From the human T2T-CHM13v2.0 reference genome, Homo sapiens: 64,000 bases of DNA. Below are positions 27,770 through 46,646 of this stretch, piece by piece. Under the pieces are notes generated by a model. That model was not told the DNA's origin and did no database searches. It saw only the letters and a program-made list of their open reading frames with translations. How positions within the stretch are numbered: the first letter of the stretch is position 1; the number at the start of each line of letters is the position of its first letter. The stretch lies in the NCBI RefSeq assembly GCF_009914755.1, contig NC_060947.1; one strand, given 5' to 3'. Made by a program: the position numbers and the translations under genes.

Positions 27770-28623
27770 TCTCACAACGGCATACTCATCAAATGGCCAT
27801 CTTTTCTCTGCTTAAGCACCTCCAGTAACAGTGAGCGTACTACTTTCCAAGGCAGACTGTTTTCAATTTTACAGAACTCTGGACATTCAAAAGCATTTTC
27901 TCTTTGTAATTGAAATCTGTCTTCCTGAAATAGCCACCTGTGTGCCTTAAAAAGCCACACAGAACTGCTCACTCCTTCACCCATGATAGCCCTTGGCTGT
28001 TTGAAAGTAGATCTCAAATTCTACCACCCTTTTAGCACTGTCCCAAATCAGGTTTCTTTTCCATACTGTAGAAGTTTTAATTCTTCTAAACATTCTTCAT
28101 GACAGGTTCCAGAATCTTTAAAGCAGATGTCGCAAAGTGGGGCCTACAGAAAAATTTGTTTTACCTGTACCGTGTTAAAAAAATAAAAAAATAAAAAAAT
28201 AAAGTGACCCAGCATTTAAAAATCAGTAGATCACACACAGAAATTGAATTTGTCATCTTTCTATAAAAAGGTAGACAATTGAGCCTGTATCCCTGTGACC
28301 CCAGTCCATCAATCCCCAACTCCCCGAGTGTGCACATGTGCCTTTATATCTGAAATGCTCCTCTCATCTGTTACTTGCTTGGCTCCTGAAAGCATATAAG
28401 TTGGCTACCCATGCTGTAGACACACTTCCTGTATCGGCGTCATTTTTAAGATGTCATGCCAGAACTGAGCTAAAAACTCCAGATGTAATTTGGCCAGGAA
28501 AAAAAAAAAAAAAAAAAAGGCAGGAAGATCACCTTCCTTGTTGGAGAGTCTACGCTCTGGTACATCTGCACATGTATAGATTATCTCTTACCTGGACTTT
28601 GGCAGTGTCAGGCTAATGCAATT
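27770..28623 (-). mobile_element. L3/CR1 fragment interrupted by a MER102-like hAT element (about 28123-28413)
   Basis: cacctccagtaacagtgagcgtactactttccaaggcag and ccagaactgagctaaaaactccagatg resemble antisense CR1/L3. The inner element starts cagatgtcgcaaa and ends ggctcctgaaagcatataagttggctacccatg. Confidence 0.6.
28404..28623 (+). repeat. ~220 bp local duplication, copy 1 (probable donor)
   Basis: About 90% identical by eye to 30346-30563; ORFs 28338 and 30307 share the peptide ATHAVxTLPVSxSxLRCHARTELKTPDVI. Confidence 0.95.
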
Positions 28624-28713
28624 TTCTGATCTCTACCTCATAATCTTCCACCAGATATTTTTTTTTTCAAAAATAAACTGTGTTCACATTATTCTGCTGT
28701 TTGCAAATCTTGG

Positions 28714-28797
28714 ATTGCTCGTTGGCTTGCCATTCAAGGCTCTTTATATTTTAAAATTGCTCTTTGGCTTGCTATTCAGGGCTCTTTATACTTTAAC
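28714..28797 (+). repeat. 42-bp tandem duplication (2 copies)
   Basis: attgctcgttggcttgccattcaaggctctttatattttaaa followed by attgctctttggcttgctattcagggctctttatactttaac. Confidence 0.9.
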
Positions 28798-29387
28798 ATT
28801 TGCATTTAAATTGTTTACAGGCCTGTCTCCCTGACTATCCGTCTTATCTGTGAGGGCAACAAATGGATGTGTTATTTCCTATTTAATCTAAATTCCTTTC
28901 GTTCCTAAACCACCTATTTGTACCTACCCAGAACTGTATCTTATGTATATAAAACCTATTATTATTGTTTGCAATGCAAATCTCCATGGAAAGGAACTAA
29001 ACATACTACGCATGACTACATTTTGTTATATGTGGAGTTTTAAATAAGGAATGCTTTTCAACTCATATCTGAATATTTATTATTTTAGCAATGGCTGCAT
29101 TTCAAATTCAAATGGAACAAATTATATGAAAACAATATCATTTTCTCCTGAGATCAAAGTGTATTTGTCCTTAATGAAAAGCAATTATATTTAAATTATG
29201 CTATTGGAAAATATCTCAGGAAAGAAATTATCTGTAAATTAAATTATCTACAAACGGTATAAAAAACAATCATGAATGAATTTGAAAAATTAGCCAATTA
29301 TAGCAAAGTAATATAATTTAGCCAGTACTCCCCAAGCCAAATGATAAGTTCCCACATGCATAGATCATTCTTAAAAATCAACAATCA

Positions 29388-29744
<357 letters not shown>

Positions 29745-30345
29745 TTAGGTGTTTTATCAACCCTATTAGGAGAATTTCATTCTTGGGTTGGAATTTTTCT
29801 TCTACCTTGTGTATTCATGAAAATATAAGCACATGGAGTTTGAAGATGTAAAACAGAATATACCATGACTAAAATAATTTAAACAGAATCAGCATGGTGT
29901 AATAGCAAGAAACATGGACTAAGAGTCAGGACCTGGATTCTGTTTTCATTGCTATCACTTGCCACCAGTGCAGCAAACGCTTTAAATGCCACGTTTTTCA
30001 AATAACTTCCACAGATTAAAAATATATATGTATGTGCAGAATAACCAACACTCAAAAACAAGCATTCGGACTGCAAATAATAATTATTTCCATTATATCA
30101 TAATGCCTATACAGGTTAATTTTTTATTTATATATTTACGATAGTGTTCAGACCAAAAATAATGAAAGCAACCTAAGATGACTTAGACCCAGAATATCTG
30201 GGCTTCAGTCCAACTTTTTCATTCACTAACTTTTGCATTCTTGGTAAGCACTCTGAGCCCTGATATTCTCATTCTCATATGGCAATAATGCCACTTACAC
30301 CACAGGGTGGTTTTGAGAGTTAATAGTGGTTCATCCTGGCTGTCT

Positions 30346-30563
30346 GCTACCCATGCTGTAGGCACACTTCCTGTATCAGTGTCACTTTTAAGATGTCATG
30401 CTAGAACTGAGCTAAAAACTCCAGATGTAATTTTGCCAGCAAAGAAAAAAAAAAAAAAGACAGGAAGATCACCTTCCTTCTTGGAGATTCTATACTCTGA
30501 TACATCTGCACATGTATAGATTATCTTTTACAAGGACTTTGGCAGTGTCATGCTGATGCAATT
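30346..30563 (+). repeat. ~220 bp local duplication, copy 2, located in a MIR (about 30180-30580)
   Basis: Matches 28404-28623; preceded by MIR cacagggtggttttgagagttaa. Confidence 0.93.
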
Positions 30564-31734
30564 GTGTGTAAGTACTGACTCAAACTACAACAGTGTCTCT
30601 AGAAGTACTTTAAACATTTTTAATGTGTTTGTACATCAGCCTTACTCTAAATTACTTTCATTCCAACCATTTGGTCCTTATAAAAGTTGGAAAATTTAGA
30701 CCTTCACCAACTACAAATTTCAAAATAGGTTTGGCTAGCGATCTCTAAGGTTTTTATAGAAAGCAATTTTGCCACTGGTATAAATGATTGCAGTTATTTA
30801 ATGTCGGGGGCATAACTTCAAAGAACACCACTTTGTTTCATTTATCCCCAAAGAACACTTTGATCATCCGAGCTGTACAATTAGATACAGACAACTATGC
30901 GATGTAATTGAAAATATTTCTGTAAGTGATTGATGGGGAAAAAACTAACAGTTCTGCAACTTAGAGACACCTGCATTCTCCTGGGTATTTATAGTGTATT
31001 TCATTACTAGTAGAAGCTAATTTGAATACTATGGCAACAATTCAGCTCCATCTGCCTGTTAAGTTAGAAACTAAAGGATCTAAGATTTTACCTGCAAAAC
31101 TAGTAAGGTGCCTATATATTTGATACTAGACCACTGGATCAGAGACAAATGCCATTTCTTACTTACAGCAGAAGTAGCAGTCGTAGCAATATCTTAGCAC
31201 TAAATTCTTAATCCCCAATCTTCATGGGGTGACACTGAGAGTCAAATGTTACCTGCACATGCAATAGGTTGCATCACAGGAGAGAAACCCCAAACGCCTT
31301 TAGGCAATTCTGGCATTATGTGGTTCTAGAAAGAGAGAAACTTTATCTTTTCTCTGGGTAAGCAAATATTTATGTGGAGAAGATGATGAGGTCTTCATCT
31401 TTATTACGCTCAACTGCCTCCAGAGAGGAAGATGTTTCTGTGCTTTACTATCCTAGAATTTCTACTTATACAAACATTCTTAACTTGACTGCAAATGCTC
31501 AGAGGACTTGAATCATGCAGAAGTGAGATATTCATTGGTAATTTCTTCCCAGCACTCCCTTCCACCCATCCACTATGGTATCCAAAAAGAGTTCAAATGT
31601 TAAGTCTCAAAATAGCACACTTTCATTTTAGCTCCTTTTCTTGGGTTGTGTACATATAATAGCAAAATAAAAAAGGGTTAATTCAGGCAATGGAGGAAAA
31701 AAATACATATATATATGAAGGCAGCTCAACACAG

Positions 31735-31920
31735 TTAAAAACACAATGATCAGGAAGTCAGGAAAGCAAGGATCTAGCTCTGACTCTGACACCACTATCT
31801 TGTATAATCTTGGCTAAGTTACATCTCTCTGGCCCTCAGGTTCCTTATCTGTAAAACTGGAATATGGAAGAAGTTTAGACTAGATAGTTTCCAAAGTTAC
31901 TTTCTGCCATCACATTCTAT
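31735..31920 (+). mobile_element. MIR
   Basis: ggagtcagg-like start, cttggctaagttac...cctcaggttccttatctgtaaaactgg. Confidence 0.8.
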
Positions 31921-32040
31921 TCTCCTACCAGTAAATCAAATCAGTTGACTGGCATTGTATACACTGATGTTTTAACATTTTCTGCATTAGAGTCATAAGC
32001 AGATTTAATAATGAACCTATTAAATAGCTGTTGCTGATAG

Positions 32041-33365
32041 GAGGGGCCAAGATGGCTGAATAGAAACAGCTCCGGTCTGCAGCTCCTAGCAAGACCAATG
32101 AAGAAGGCGGGTGATTTTTGCATTTCCACTTGAGGTACCCAGTTCATCTCATTGGGGCTGGTTATGCAGTGGGTGCGACCCGTGGATAACGAACAGAAGC
32201 AGGGTGGGGCGTGACTTCACCCAGGAAGTGCACAGAGCCAGGGGACCTACCTCCCCCAAGCCAAGGCAAGTGGTGAGGGACTATGCTACCCGCCCGGGGT
32301 ACTATGCATTTCCCATGAATTTTTGCAATCTGTGGATCAGGAGATTCCCTCATGAGCCTACACCACCAAGGCCCTGGGTTTCAAGCACAAAACCTGGAGG
32401 CTGTTCGGTCAGGCACTGAGCTGCAGGAGTTTTTTCATACTCCAGTGGCACCTGGACTCCACTGAGACAGGAGAACTGTGCACTCCCCTGGAAAGGGGGC
32501 TGAAACCAGGGAGCCAAGAGTCTTGCTCAGCAGGTCCCACTCCCAGGGAGCCCAGCAAGCTAAGAACCATGGGCTTGAAATTCTCACTGCCAGCACAGCA
32601 GTCTGGAGTCAGCCTGGGACAATGGAGTTAGGTGGGGGGAGGGGCAACCACCATTACTGTGGCTTTAGTAGGTGGTTTTCCTCTGACAGTGCTAAGACTG
32701 GGTTTGGACTGGGCAGAACTCACCACAGCGCAGGAAAGTAGCTGTGGCCAGACCGCTTTTCCAGATTGCTCTTCACTGTGCAGGGCACCTCTGCAGGAAA
32801 TCCAGAAGTTCCAGTCAGGGGCTTACAGACAAAAGTCTCATCTCCCTGGGACACAGCACCTGGGGTTAGGGGCGGCTGTAGGGTTGCATGTTGAGCAGAC
32901 TTAATCTTTCCTGTCTGCCGGCTCTGAAGAGAGTAGCTGATCCTTACAAGGGGGATGCTCCCAGCACAGTGCACCAGCTCTGCTGAGGGACAGACTACGT
33001 CCTCAAGGAGTCCCTGACCCCCGTGCCTCCTGACTGGGAGAGACCTCCCAACAGGGGTCGACAGACACCTCTTACAGGAGAGCTCTGGCTGGCATCAGGC
33101 CAGTGCCTCTCTAGGATGAAGCTTCCAGAGGAAGGAGCAGGCAGCAATCTTTGATGTTCTGCAGCCTCCACTGGTGATACCCAGGAAAACAGGGTCTGGA
33201 GTGGGCCTCCAGCAAACTGCAGCAGACCTGCACAAGACGAGCCTGACTGTTAGAAGAAAAACTAACAGACAGAAAGCAACAACAACATCAACAAAAAACA
33301 CCCCCCGACAAAAACCTCATCTAAAGGTCATCAGCCTCAAAGGTGAAAGGTAGATAAATCTGTGA
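32041..33365 (+). promoter_or_regulatory. L1 5'UTR internal promoter remnant with a YY1-type site
   Basis: caagatggc at the element 5' end. Largely CpG-depleted, so current activity is unknown. Confidence 0.5.
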
Positions 33366-35861
33366 AGATGAGGAAAAACCAGCACAAAAACGCTGAAGAT
33401 TCCAAAAGCCAGAATGCCTCTTCTCCTTCAAATGATCACAACACGTCTCCAGCAAGGGCACAAAACTGGACGGAGAATGAGATGGATGAATTGACAGAAG
33501 TAGGCTTCAGAAGGTGGGTAACAACAAATTCTGCTGAGCTAAAGGAGCATATTCTAACCAAAAGCTAGCAGAGGACAAGAAATAACTAAGATCAGAGCAG
33601 AATTGAAGGAGACAGACACACAAAAACCCTCCAAACATCATAAATCGAGAATCTGGTTTTTTGAAAAAATTAACAAATTAGATAGACCACTAGCTAGACT
33701 AATAAAGAAGAAAAGAGAGAAGCATCAAGTAGACACAACAAAGGTTACAAAGGGGATATCACCACTGACCCCGCTGAAATACAAACTACCATCAGAGAAT
33801 ACTACAAACACCTCTGTGCAAGTAAACTAGAAAATCTAAGAAGAAGTGGACAAATTCCTAGACACATACACCCTTCCAAGACTAAACCAGGAAGAAGTTG
33901 AATCTCTGAATAGACCAATAACAAGTTCTGAAATTGAGGCAATAATTCATAGCCTACAAACCAAAAAAAGCCCAGGAGCAGATGGAGTCACAGCCGAATT
34001 CTACCAGAGTTACAAAGAGGAGGTGGTACCATTCCTTCTAAAACTATTCCAAAGAATTGAAAAGGAGGGACTCCTCCCTAACTCATTTTATGAGGCCAGC
34101 ATCATCCTGATACCAAAACCTGTCAGAGAAACAACAAAAAAATCAAACTTCAGGCCAATATCCCTGATGAACATTGATGTGAAAATCTTCAATAATATAC
34201 TGGCAAACCGAATCCAGCAGCACATCCAAAAGCTTATCCACCACAATCATGTCAGCTTCATCCCTGGGATGCCAGGCTAGTTCAACAAATGCAAATCAAT
34301 AAATGTAATCCATCACATAAACAGAACCAATGACCAAAAACACGTGATTATCTCAGTAGATGCAGAAAAGGCATTCAATAAAATTCAAGATCCCTTCATG
34401 TTAAAAACTCTCAATTAAGCAGATATTGATGGAACATATCTTGAAATAGTATTTGTGACAAACCCATAGCCAATATCATACTGAATGGGCAAAAGCTGAA
34501 AGAATACCTTTTGACAACCGGCACAAGACAAGGATGCCCTCTCTCACCACTCCTACTCAACATAGTATTGGAAGTTCTGGCCAGGGCAATCAGGCAAGGG
34601 AAAGAAATAAAGGATATTCAAATAGGAAAAGAGGAAGTCAAATTGTCTCTGTTTGCAGGTGACATGATTCTATATTTAGAAAACCCTATAGTCTCAGCCC
34701 CCAAACTCCTTAAGCTGATAAGCAACTTCAGCAAAGTCTCAGGATACAAAATAAATGTGCAAACATCACAAGCATTCTTATACACTAACAATAGACAAGC
34801 AGAGAGCCAAATCATAAATGAACTCCCATTTACAGTTGCTACAAAGAGAATAAAATACCTAGGAATATGGCTTACAACAGATGTGAAGGACCTCTTCAAG
34901 GAGAACTACAGACAATTGCTCAAGGAAATAAGAGAAGACATGAACAAATGGAAAAACATTCCATCCTCATAGACAAGAAGAATCAATATTGTGAAAATGG
35001 CCATACTGCCCAAAGTAGTTTATAGACTCAAAGTTATTCCCATCAAACTACCATTGACATTCTTCACAGAATTAGAAAAAAGAACTTTACATTTCATAAA
35101 TGTTTTTCTTTCAAAAAAGCCTGTATAGTCAAGACAATCCTAAGCATAAAGAACAAAGCTAGAGGCATCACACTGTCTGACTTCAAACTATACTACAAGG
35201 CTACAATAACCCAAACAGCATGGTACTGCTACCAAAACAGACATATAGACCAATGAAACAGAGCAGAGACCTCAGAAATAACTCCACACATCTACAACCA
35301 TCTGATCTTTGACAAACCTGAGAAAAACAAGCAATGGGGAAAGACTTCTCTAATAAATAGTGCTGGGAAAACTGGCTAGCCATATGCAGAAAACTGAAAC
35401 TGGACTCCTTCCTTATACCTTATACAAAAGCTAACTCAAGACGGATTAAAGACTTAAATGTAAAACCCCAAACCATAAAAACCTTGCAAGAAAACCTAGG
35501 CAATACAATTCAGGACATAGGCATGGGCAAAGACCTCATAACGAAAAAACCAAAAGCAATTGCAACAGAAGCCAAAATTGACAAATGGGATCTAATTAAA
35601 CTAAAGAGCTTCTGCATAGCAAAAGAAGCTAGCATCAGAGTGAACAGGCAACCTACAGAATGGGAGAAAATTTTTGCAATCTACCCATCTGACAAAGGTC
35701 TTATATCCAGAATCTACAAGGAACTTAAACAAATTTACAAAAAAAAAAAACCAAAAAAACAAACAAACAAACAAAAAACAAAAAAAAAAAACACAACCCC
35801 ATCAAAAAGTGAGCAAAGGATATGAACAGACACTTCTCAAAAGAAGACATTTACACGGTCA

Positions 35862-39786
<3,925 letters not shown>

Positions 39787-41987
39787 AAGAAAAGCTCATC
39801 ATCACTGGTCATTAGAGAAATGCAAATCAAAACCACAATGAGATACCATCTCACAGCAGTCAGAATGACGGTTATTAAAAAGTCAAGAAACAATAGATGC
39901 TGGCGAGGCTGTGGAGAAATAGGAATGTTTTTACACGGTTGGTGGGAATGTAAATTAGTTCAACCATTGTGGAAGACAGTGTGGCGATTCCTCAAGGATC
40001 TAGAACTAGAAATACCATTTGACCCAGCAATCCCATTACTGGGTAAATACCCAAAGGATTATAAATCATTCTACTATAAAGACACATGCACATGTATGTT
40101 TATTGAAGCACTATTTACAATAGCAAAGACATGGAACCAACCCAAATTCCCATCAATGATACGCTGGATAAAGAAAATGTGGGACATATACACCATGGAA
40201 TACTATGCAGCCATAAAAAGAATGAGAACATGTCCTTTGCCGAGACATGGATAAACCTGGAAGCCATCATCCTCAGCAAACTAACACAGGAAGAAAACCA
40301 AACACCAGATATTCTCACTCATAAGTGGGTGTTGAACAATGAGAACACACGGACACAGGGAGGGGAACAGCACACACTGGGGCCTGTCAGGGGTGGAGGG
40401 CAAGGGGAGGGTGAGCATTAGGACAAATACCTAATGAATGTGGGGCTTAAAACCTAGATGACAGGTTGATAGGTGCAACCAACCACCATGGCACATGTAT
40501 TCCGATGTAACAAACCTGCATGTTCTGTATGTGTATCCTGGAACTTAAAATGAAATAAAATAAAATAAAATAGCTGTTGCTGACAGTTAGTATACTAAAA
40601 CAAAACAAAATTTATGGGAAGGATTTCAGTAAATATTTCTTGAATAAATAAAAATAAATGAAATATATTTTGAAAAATTTATGACTGTGTCTACATGAAA
40701 TTGACTATTTGAATATTTGGAATATTTAGTACTTCAGATATTCCAAATACGAAATTCTATATATCATGTGTGACTTTTTTCAAGTATTAAAATGGCATAT
40801 TCCAAACATCGATATATACTTGACATTAAAATTAAGTTGAATATAATAGTTAAATAAAAGATGCTTAATGCTTATAAGGCCAACTACCAATGTGCTATAT
40901 AAATATTGTGATATAAAGTAATTTTATGTGACACAAATTTGTGTGTACTTTTTGTTAATTCACCCGTCTGTGGATACGTTCTGGTCTATTCTTTTCCTAT
41001 TATCCACCCCATATTTCACATATGCTTATCATCACGAGAGTATGACTAGGACATATTAAGCATTTGATAAAATAAAGCCTAAAGCCTATTTTAGGCTATG
41101 CTGTGTGCTTCTTAAAAATAGGTATCATTGGGTGTTGCAACTAGGTAGTTTAGAGAGCAGATAGCATAATGCTGTACCTATGGAAAAGATTCAGTATAAC
41201 ACAGCATACATTTACTGAACTTCCACACTTTGCTGAAGGTGCAAAGATGTCTAAAATGTGCTTTCCAGGAGGTCACGATTTACATGTTGATTGATTAGAA
41301 TTGTAGAGCGAGGTCCTACTAAAATGCATATATCTTATGTATATACCCTGTAGTTACAATTTCAGTTTTTAAAAGTACCCTTTTATTGATTCTGTTCAAA
41401 TATAATAGCACATACCCAAAATTAAAATATAAATTGCAGTAGATTCTGCTGGTCACAATATTTCAAGCCCTTTAAAATCCAAGAATGAATGCCAGATGAT
41501 TTCATACTTCAGGATAAAATCAAGATGATAAAAGATGAAGGCTCCTTTAATGTTATCCAACTTGCCATAGGTATGGATTTTTTTTTTTAAATAGATAATT
41601 GTGTGTATTTGTGTGGCTCAAGGTAACTTCAGATAAACACTTTTAATTCCATGACTAGCTCTAGGATTTAAGAACAAAACTATGCTACTGAAATTATCTA
41701 TTCTACAGGCTTCATTAGAGATCACATTGCTAATTTATTCTTGTATATAAAGTTTGAATAACTAGGTCTGTGGGATGTATTCCTTCTGAGATTAATGTGA
41801 TAGCCCATCTACTTTTCAGAACTGGTGACTTGGCAAATTTATTTTGCCTGTGCAAACTAGAGAAATAAAGTGGGAGAAGTAGATTTCTTTCTGTCTTTCC
41901 TTATTCCAAATGCCTTTCCTCTATTCAATTCCTAAATCTGTATTTCAATTTCATTTATATGCTTTAAAGCAAAGAGAGACAGGGAAA

Positions 41988-42002
41988 GAGAGATATATAT
42001 AC

Positions 42003-42034
<32 letters not shown>
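41988..42034. repeat. (TA)n(GA)n compound microsatellite
   Basis: Direct reading. Confidence 0.85.
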
Positions 42035-42035
<1 letters not shown>

Positions 42036-42433
42036 AACTAAAAATGTCAAAGTCAAGGATAAATATAGTGATTAATTCTCACACCTAGGACTTTCAAAAT
42101 AACTTATCTAAGTACTATGCAGGTATAGACTATAAATATATCAGATTCAGAAGGTCTGAAATAATTTTAAAAGAAGAGATTTGTTTATGCTTATAGAGGA
42201 TTTCTGTGATAACAGTTTAACAATACTCAGTTTTGTTTTCTCTTTTTTCCAATCCAATCCGGTTTCTGCCATGGAATACTAATATAAAAATGTTTCTTCT
42301 TAGGCATAGTCCAACGCACATTTAAGAGTTTTTGAACTTTAGTTTCAAAGATAAACTATTAATGTAATTATTCTTAATGCTATCAGTAAAATTCAGGAAA
42401 AATGCTATACAAGGTGATCTACTTCAGCTATCT

Positions 42434-42910
42434 TGTATTAGTTTCTTACTGCTTCTGTAACAAATTACCACCAGGATAACAGCTTTTGTTTGAAGAATGG
42501 GAGTTTCCTGTCTTACAGCTCTGTAGGCCAGAAATCCAAAATGAGTCTCAAAGAGATAAAAATCAAAGTCCCAGAAAGGCTGCATTTTTTTCTGGAAGCT
42601 CTAGGGAAGAATCTATTTCTTGCCTTTCCCAACTTCTAAAGGTTGTTGGCATTCCTTGGATACGTGCCCTGCATCACTCCAGTTTCAGCTTCTGGCATCA
42701 CAACTCTGTTTCTAGCTGACCCTCCTCCTTTCCTCTTATAAGAACCCTTGGGATTATAATAGAACAACCCAGAAAATCCAGGATAATCTCCTCATCTAAA
42801 ACTTCCTAATCACATCTGCAAAATCATTTTTGCCATATTAGGGAACATATTCACAGATTTCAGGGATGGGGGCATGAATGGCTCTGCAGGGAACTATTCA
42901 GCCTACTATA
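42434..42910 (-). mobile_element. MLT1C/D-like MaLR solo LTR
   Basis: tgtattagtttc...ctgtaacaaattaccac...ggaagctctagggaagaatc...attcagcctactata. Confidence 0.85.
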
Positions 42911-44784
42911 TAACTTTAGGGTAGGGACCTGACGCAAGATACGGAGATAGGCATGGAGAGGCAGATTTCTAGGGGCCTTGTAGGAGGTGTTACTGGGTTT
43001 AAGATTTATCCCTCAAACAAGGAGAACTTAGTAATGAGTTTTAAGCAAAGGAAAGGCATGATCAAATAGATATTTTCAAAAAGTTATTAAATATAGAAAA
43101 ATATCAGAGTCATGAGAGTGCAGACAAACATTACTGTGGTTGATTTTACTGAACTTGATAGCTACTGGAATTTAGGGTAAGAGAGAGAAGGAAGAGTGAA
43201 TGACTATATGCTGCTGGCTTATGTGGGGGAAGGAAATGCTATTAATTGAGGTAAGGAATACAGAGGTAATTAAATTGGAGGTGTACTCGAGATAATCACT
43301 TAATTTTTTTGTTTATACAGTTTTTCATTGGTCAGAAAAAAAAAACTTGGACATAGTATTCAGACAATGGATTGAAAAAGTCAAGATTTAAAGAATATTA
43401 GAGCTGGAAAATTTCTTAGTATATCTCTTTAACATTTTCTAGATAAGGAAACCGGTGGGCAGAAGAGAAAAGTGCCTGCATATACATCATGTACAAACAG
43501 CCAATTTCCTCCAATAATTACAGAATTTTCAGGGTAAATTATGGCTAGTTTGTCACTGTCAAACTTATGACTTAAAGGACACCAAATATATATTTTTATT
43601 GTTTGGTTTAATTTGCCTTTTTTTCTCCCCTGCAAAAATTTTAGTGCATACATTTTATAGAAGAAAGCTAACTTTAAAATATTGCTTACATCTCAAAAGC
43701 AATTCACCTTGTTGATTCGGTGGCTAAAATATATGAAATTCAAGTCCTAATAATCTTCCTTTATAAACGTAGAGGAAGTCACAAGACGTTCAATGACAGG
43801 ATTGAGCCAGGCATCAAACCCAGATCTCCTCATCTCTGCACTTCTGTTACATCACACTTTGGCTTCCTAGAAGCCAGAGTTTTTAACTAGTAAAAAGATA
43901 CTAAGAGCGCAGCCTCTTTTTTTTTTTCTTTCTTTCTCCTCCTCAACATACCCACAGACACCATCATCTGCAGAGGCATAGGGCGCCAAGAGAAGAGTTA
44001 GGTGCAGGATGCTTTCAGTTGCACAGCAGCTTCTAATGTTGCTCCTTTCTTTCAAAACTCATGAGTTTGTTTCTTAATTTTTCAGTGATTTTCTCCAAGT
44101 AGGCTTCAAAATCAAACACTGGGAAAGCAATTCTCCTCTTACACCAGTTATAACTTTAGCTGGAGAAAAGAATCTAGGAAAGGGGGTGACTGTTGAGGGA
44201 TACAAAAATTGTTTATCCTTTGCCTGAGAAGGATTGTTAATCCTTAGACATTCCCAGATCTGAAGAGACAATTTATGGAAAATCTCTTGTAATTTCCAGG
44301 GTGAGTGAAATATACACAAGCCACTATGCTTTGCAAACCAATTGCATGTTGTGGAACTGCCTTAGAAGCTCCAAAATGGCCATCAGCAAGTAAATTTTTT
44401 CATAGACTACTGCAGAATTCACAATGGGCATAGCCAGTTGCTGTGTGAAGGTTATGGAGGGGCTCAGTATGACATCGTAGACAGGTAAAGGTAATTTTCC
44501 ATAATCGTATGTTTCATCAAATAAAAGCCAAATGGAAATAACTGAAAATGCTCAATTTCCAAGTTAAAGAAGAAGTTTTCTGTGTGCTATTTCAGTTTTT
44601 GAAGATGCAAAGCACAGACAGCAGAGCTGAAAAAAAGGAAAGAGAGAGAGTGCAGTATTTCCCAAAGTATGTTCTGCAGAACATGAGTCCAGGGACATTC
44701 TCTGGGGGAAGGTTTCTATGATCAAGTTTCTGGAATACTTTAGCTGCAGCAGCAGGAGGCATGATCATCCTAACAAATGTCAAT

Positions 44785-44960
44785 AACTACCAACTTTAAG
44801 GGCTTACTATCGGCCAGGCATTATGCTGAGTACTTCATATGCATCACGTAATCTAATTTATGCAGCAATGCTATCAGGTAAGTATTATCTCATCCCTATT
44901 TCAAATAATGAAACAGCACAGAGAGATTAAGTGATTTACCTAAAGTCACATAGCTAATGC
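44785..44960 (-). mobile_element. MIR
   Basis: gccaggcattatgctgag...gagagattaagtgatttacctaaagtcacatagctaa. Confidence 0.8.
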
Positions 44961-46646
44961 TCAGCACAGTGCGTTAAAAGCTCTGGGAAGCTGTGCAGAA
45001 AATAAGCCTGCACTATTTTGCCCAAACTTATTTGACTCAAAAGCCATTTATATACAATCAATATTAACACACGGAAATGTATCATTAAACAGTAATCCAA
45101 AGCATTCACATGCCCACATATTTTTCCTAGGTAAAAATTTTTCAAAACTAAAAATATTTGAAAATACAGTATATGATAAACTATATTTTACTATAATTGA
45201 CATTAACCTCAGCAGGAAAAAGTTGGAGATAGACCTTCGGATTCCTAAGAGGTTTAGTAGTAAGTGGCCAACAGAAATAGAAATTCATTTAGTTGTACCA
45301 AGAGAATGTCAGATGACACATCCTTAATGATGGGGGTGAGGTGGAACAAGGTCTGAAGAACTCAGAAAAGTGCGCCATGGAAAAAAGAGTTAGCTCTAAA
45401 ACATTTCCAGGCCAATGATCTATGCAGCCTGTCAAGTAAGAACATGTTTTCTCCTCTTAAAGCTCTCCTCAGTGTATTCCAACCTTGAGGAAGGATATGA
45501 AAAAGAACGAGAAATGAAGCCTCCTATACCCACCCTCTATCCATGACTGTAGGCTTCCCACTACAAAGTCCTAGAAAAAGGAGATGGGAAAGTTCTAAAT
45601 TTGAACTTTGATATGCCAATTATTCTATGAAAATTGACATTATAATTTCTGAATTTACATAGTGCTTGATGACAAAAGTGATAATCAGCTTTTATTTACC
45701 TAAGGATAATCCGAAAAGTAGTGGGACTATCTAGAGTTCTTTTCTAGTTGAAGAGAAATAACACACCCGTTAAATTTAAAAAATCAGTAAGAGGCAAAAA
45801 AAAAAAGGAAAGTTGTTTTGTTATTTCATACCATAAGTAGATCCTGTTCAATGCAATAGTATGTGTGTATATATATATACACACACACATATAATTATAC
45901 GTATAAACATTAATATATTCTGCGCAATATTGTTGTGGTTCAGTAATAGACTCAAATCTTTCCTTAGTTGTGGCTTTTTTTAGCTATATCTTTAAATCTT
46001 TTTAACCATTATTCTTTCTTTTACTTTATTCTAGAAGACCTATTACATCTGGGTGATATAAAACATGGCAGCTGAAAAGCCATATATCCTCTCCAGAGTC
46101 AGCTTCAACATCTGATTTAGTCTCTACAAGCCATGGTTCTACTTGGGTACCTGACTATCCATTTTCTCTGAGCTTCTTCTTTTTTGCCATTCCAGATCTA
46201 ATAAATCGTCTATATCTTACTTTTGTTGCCACAATGCACATCAGCTGTTCCAGCATAGAATAAGTACACAATACCTTTTGTGAACAAATTCAGTTATATG
46301 AATGAATCTTTCTACTCAAGCTTTAAGTCTCGGTTTTAAGTATCCATTTCTCCAGAAAGCCTTTCCTGACCACCCTGCCCCAATACTTAGATAATTCCTC
46401 TCTTCTGTTCCCTTCTAGAAATTTATACCTCTAGTACTGCCTATATCACATCTAACCCTTTAGTTACTAAACTACTTATGAAGCTAGAGTTACTATTTGT
46501 TGAGTACTTAATATGTGTGTCAGGTATACTGTTTCTTCTTTCACATACATTGGCTCATTTAATCCTCAGTAAGATCCATTTACCAAGAAGAAATTGAGGC
46601 TCAGAGAGGCAAATTAACCAGTCTATCTGGTGTGTAAAAGAGTTGG

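Noticed and set aside
40714-40749. 12-bp perfect inverted repeat tatttggaatat...atattccaaata
   Set aside because: Short and AT-rich; about one such stem is plausible by chance in 64 kb, and it has no miRNA or MITE features.
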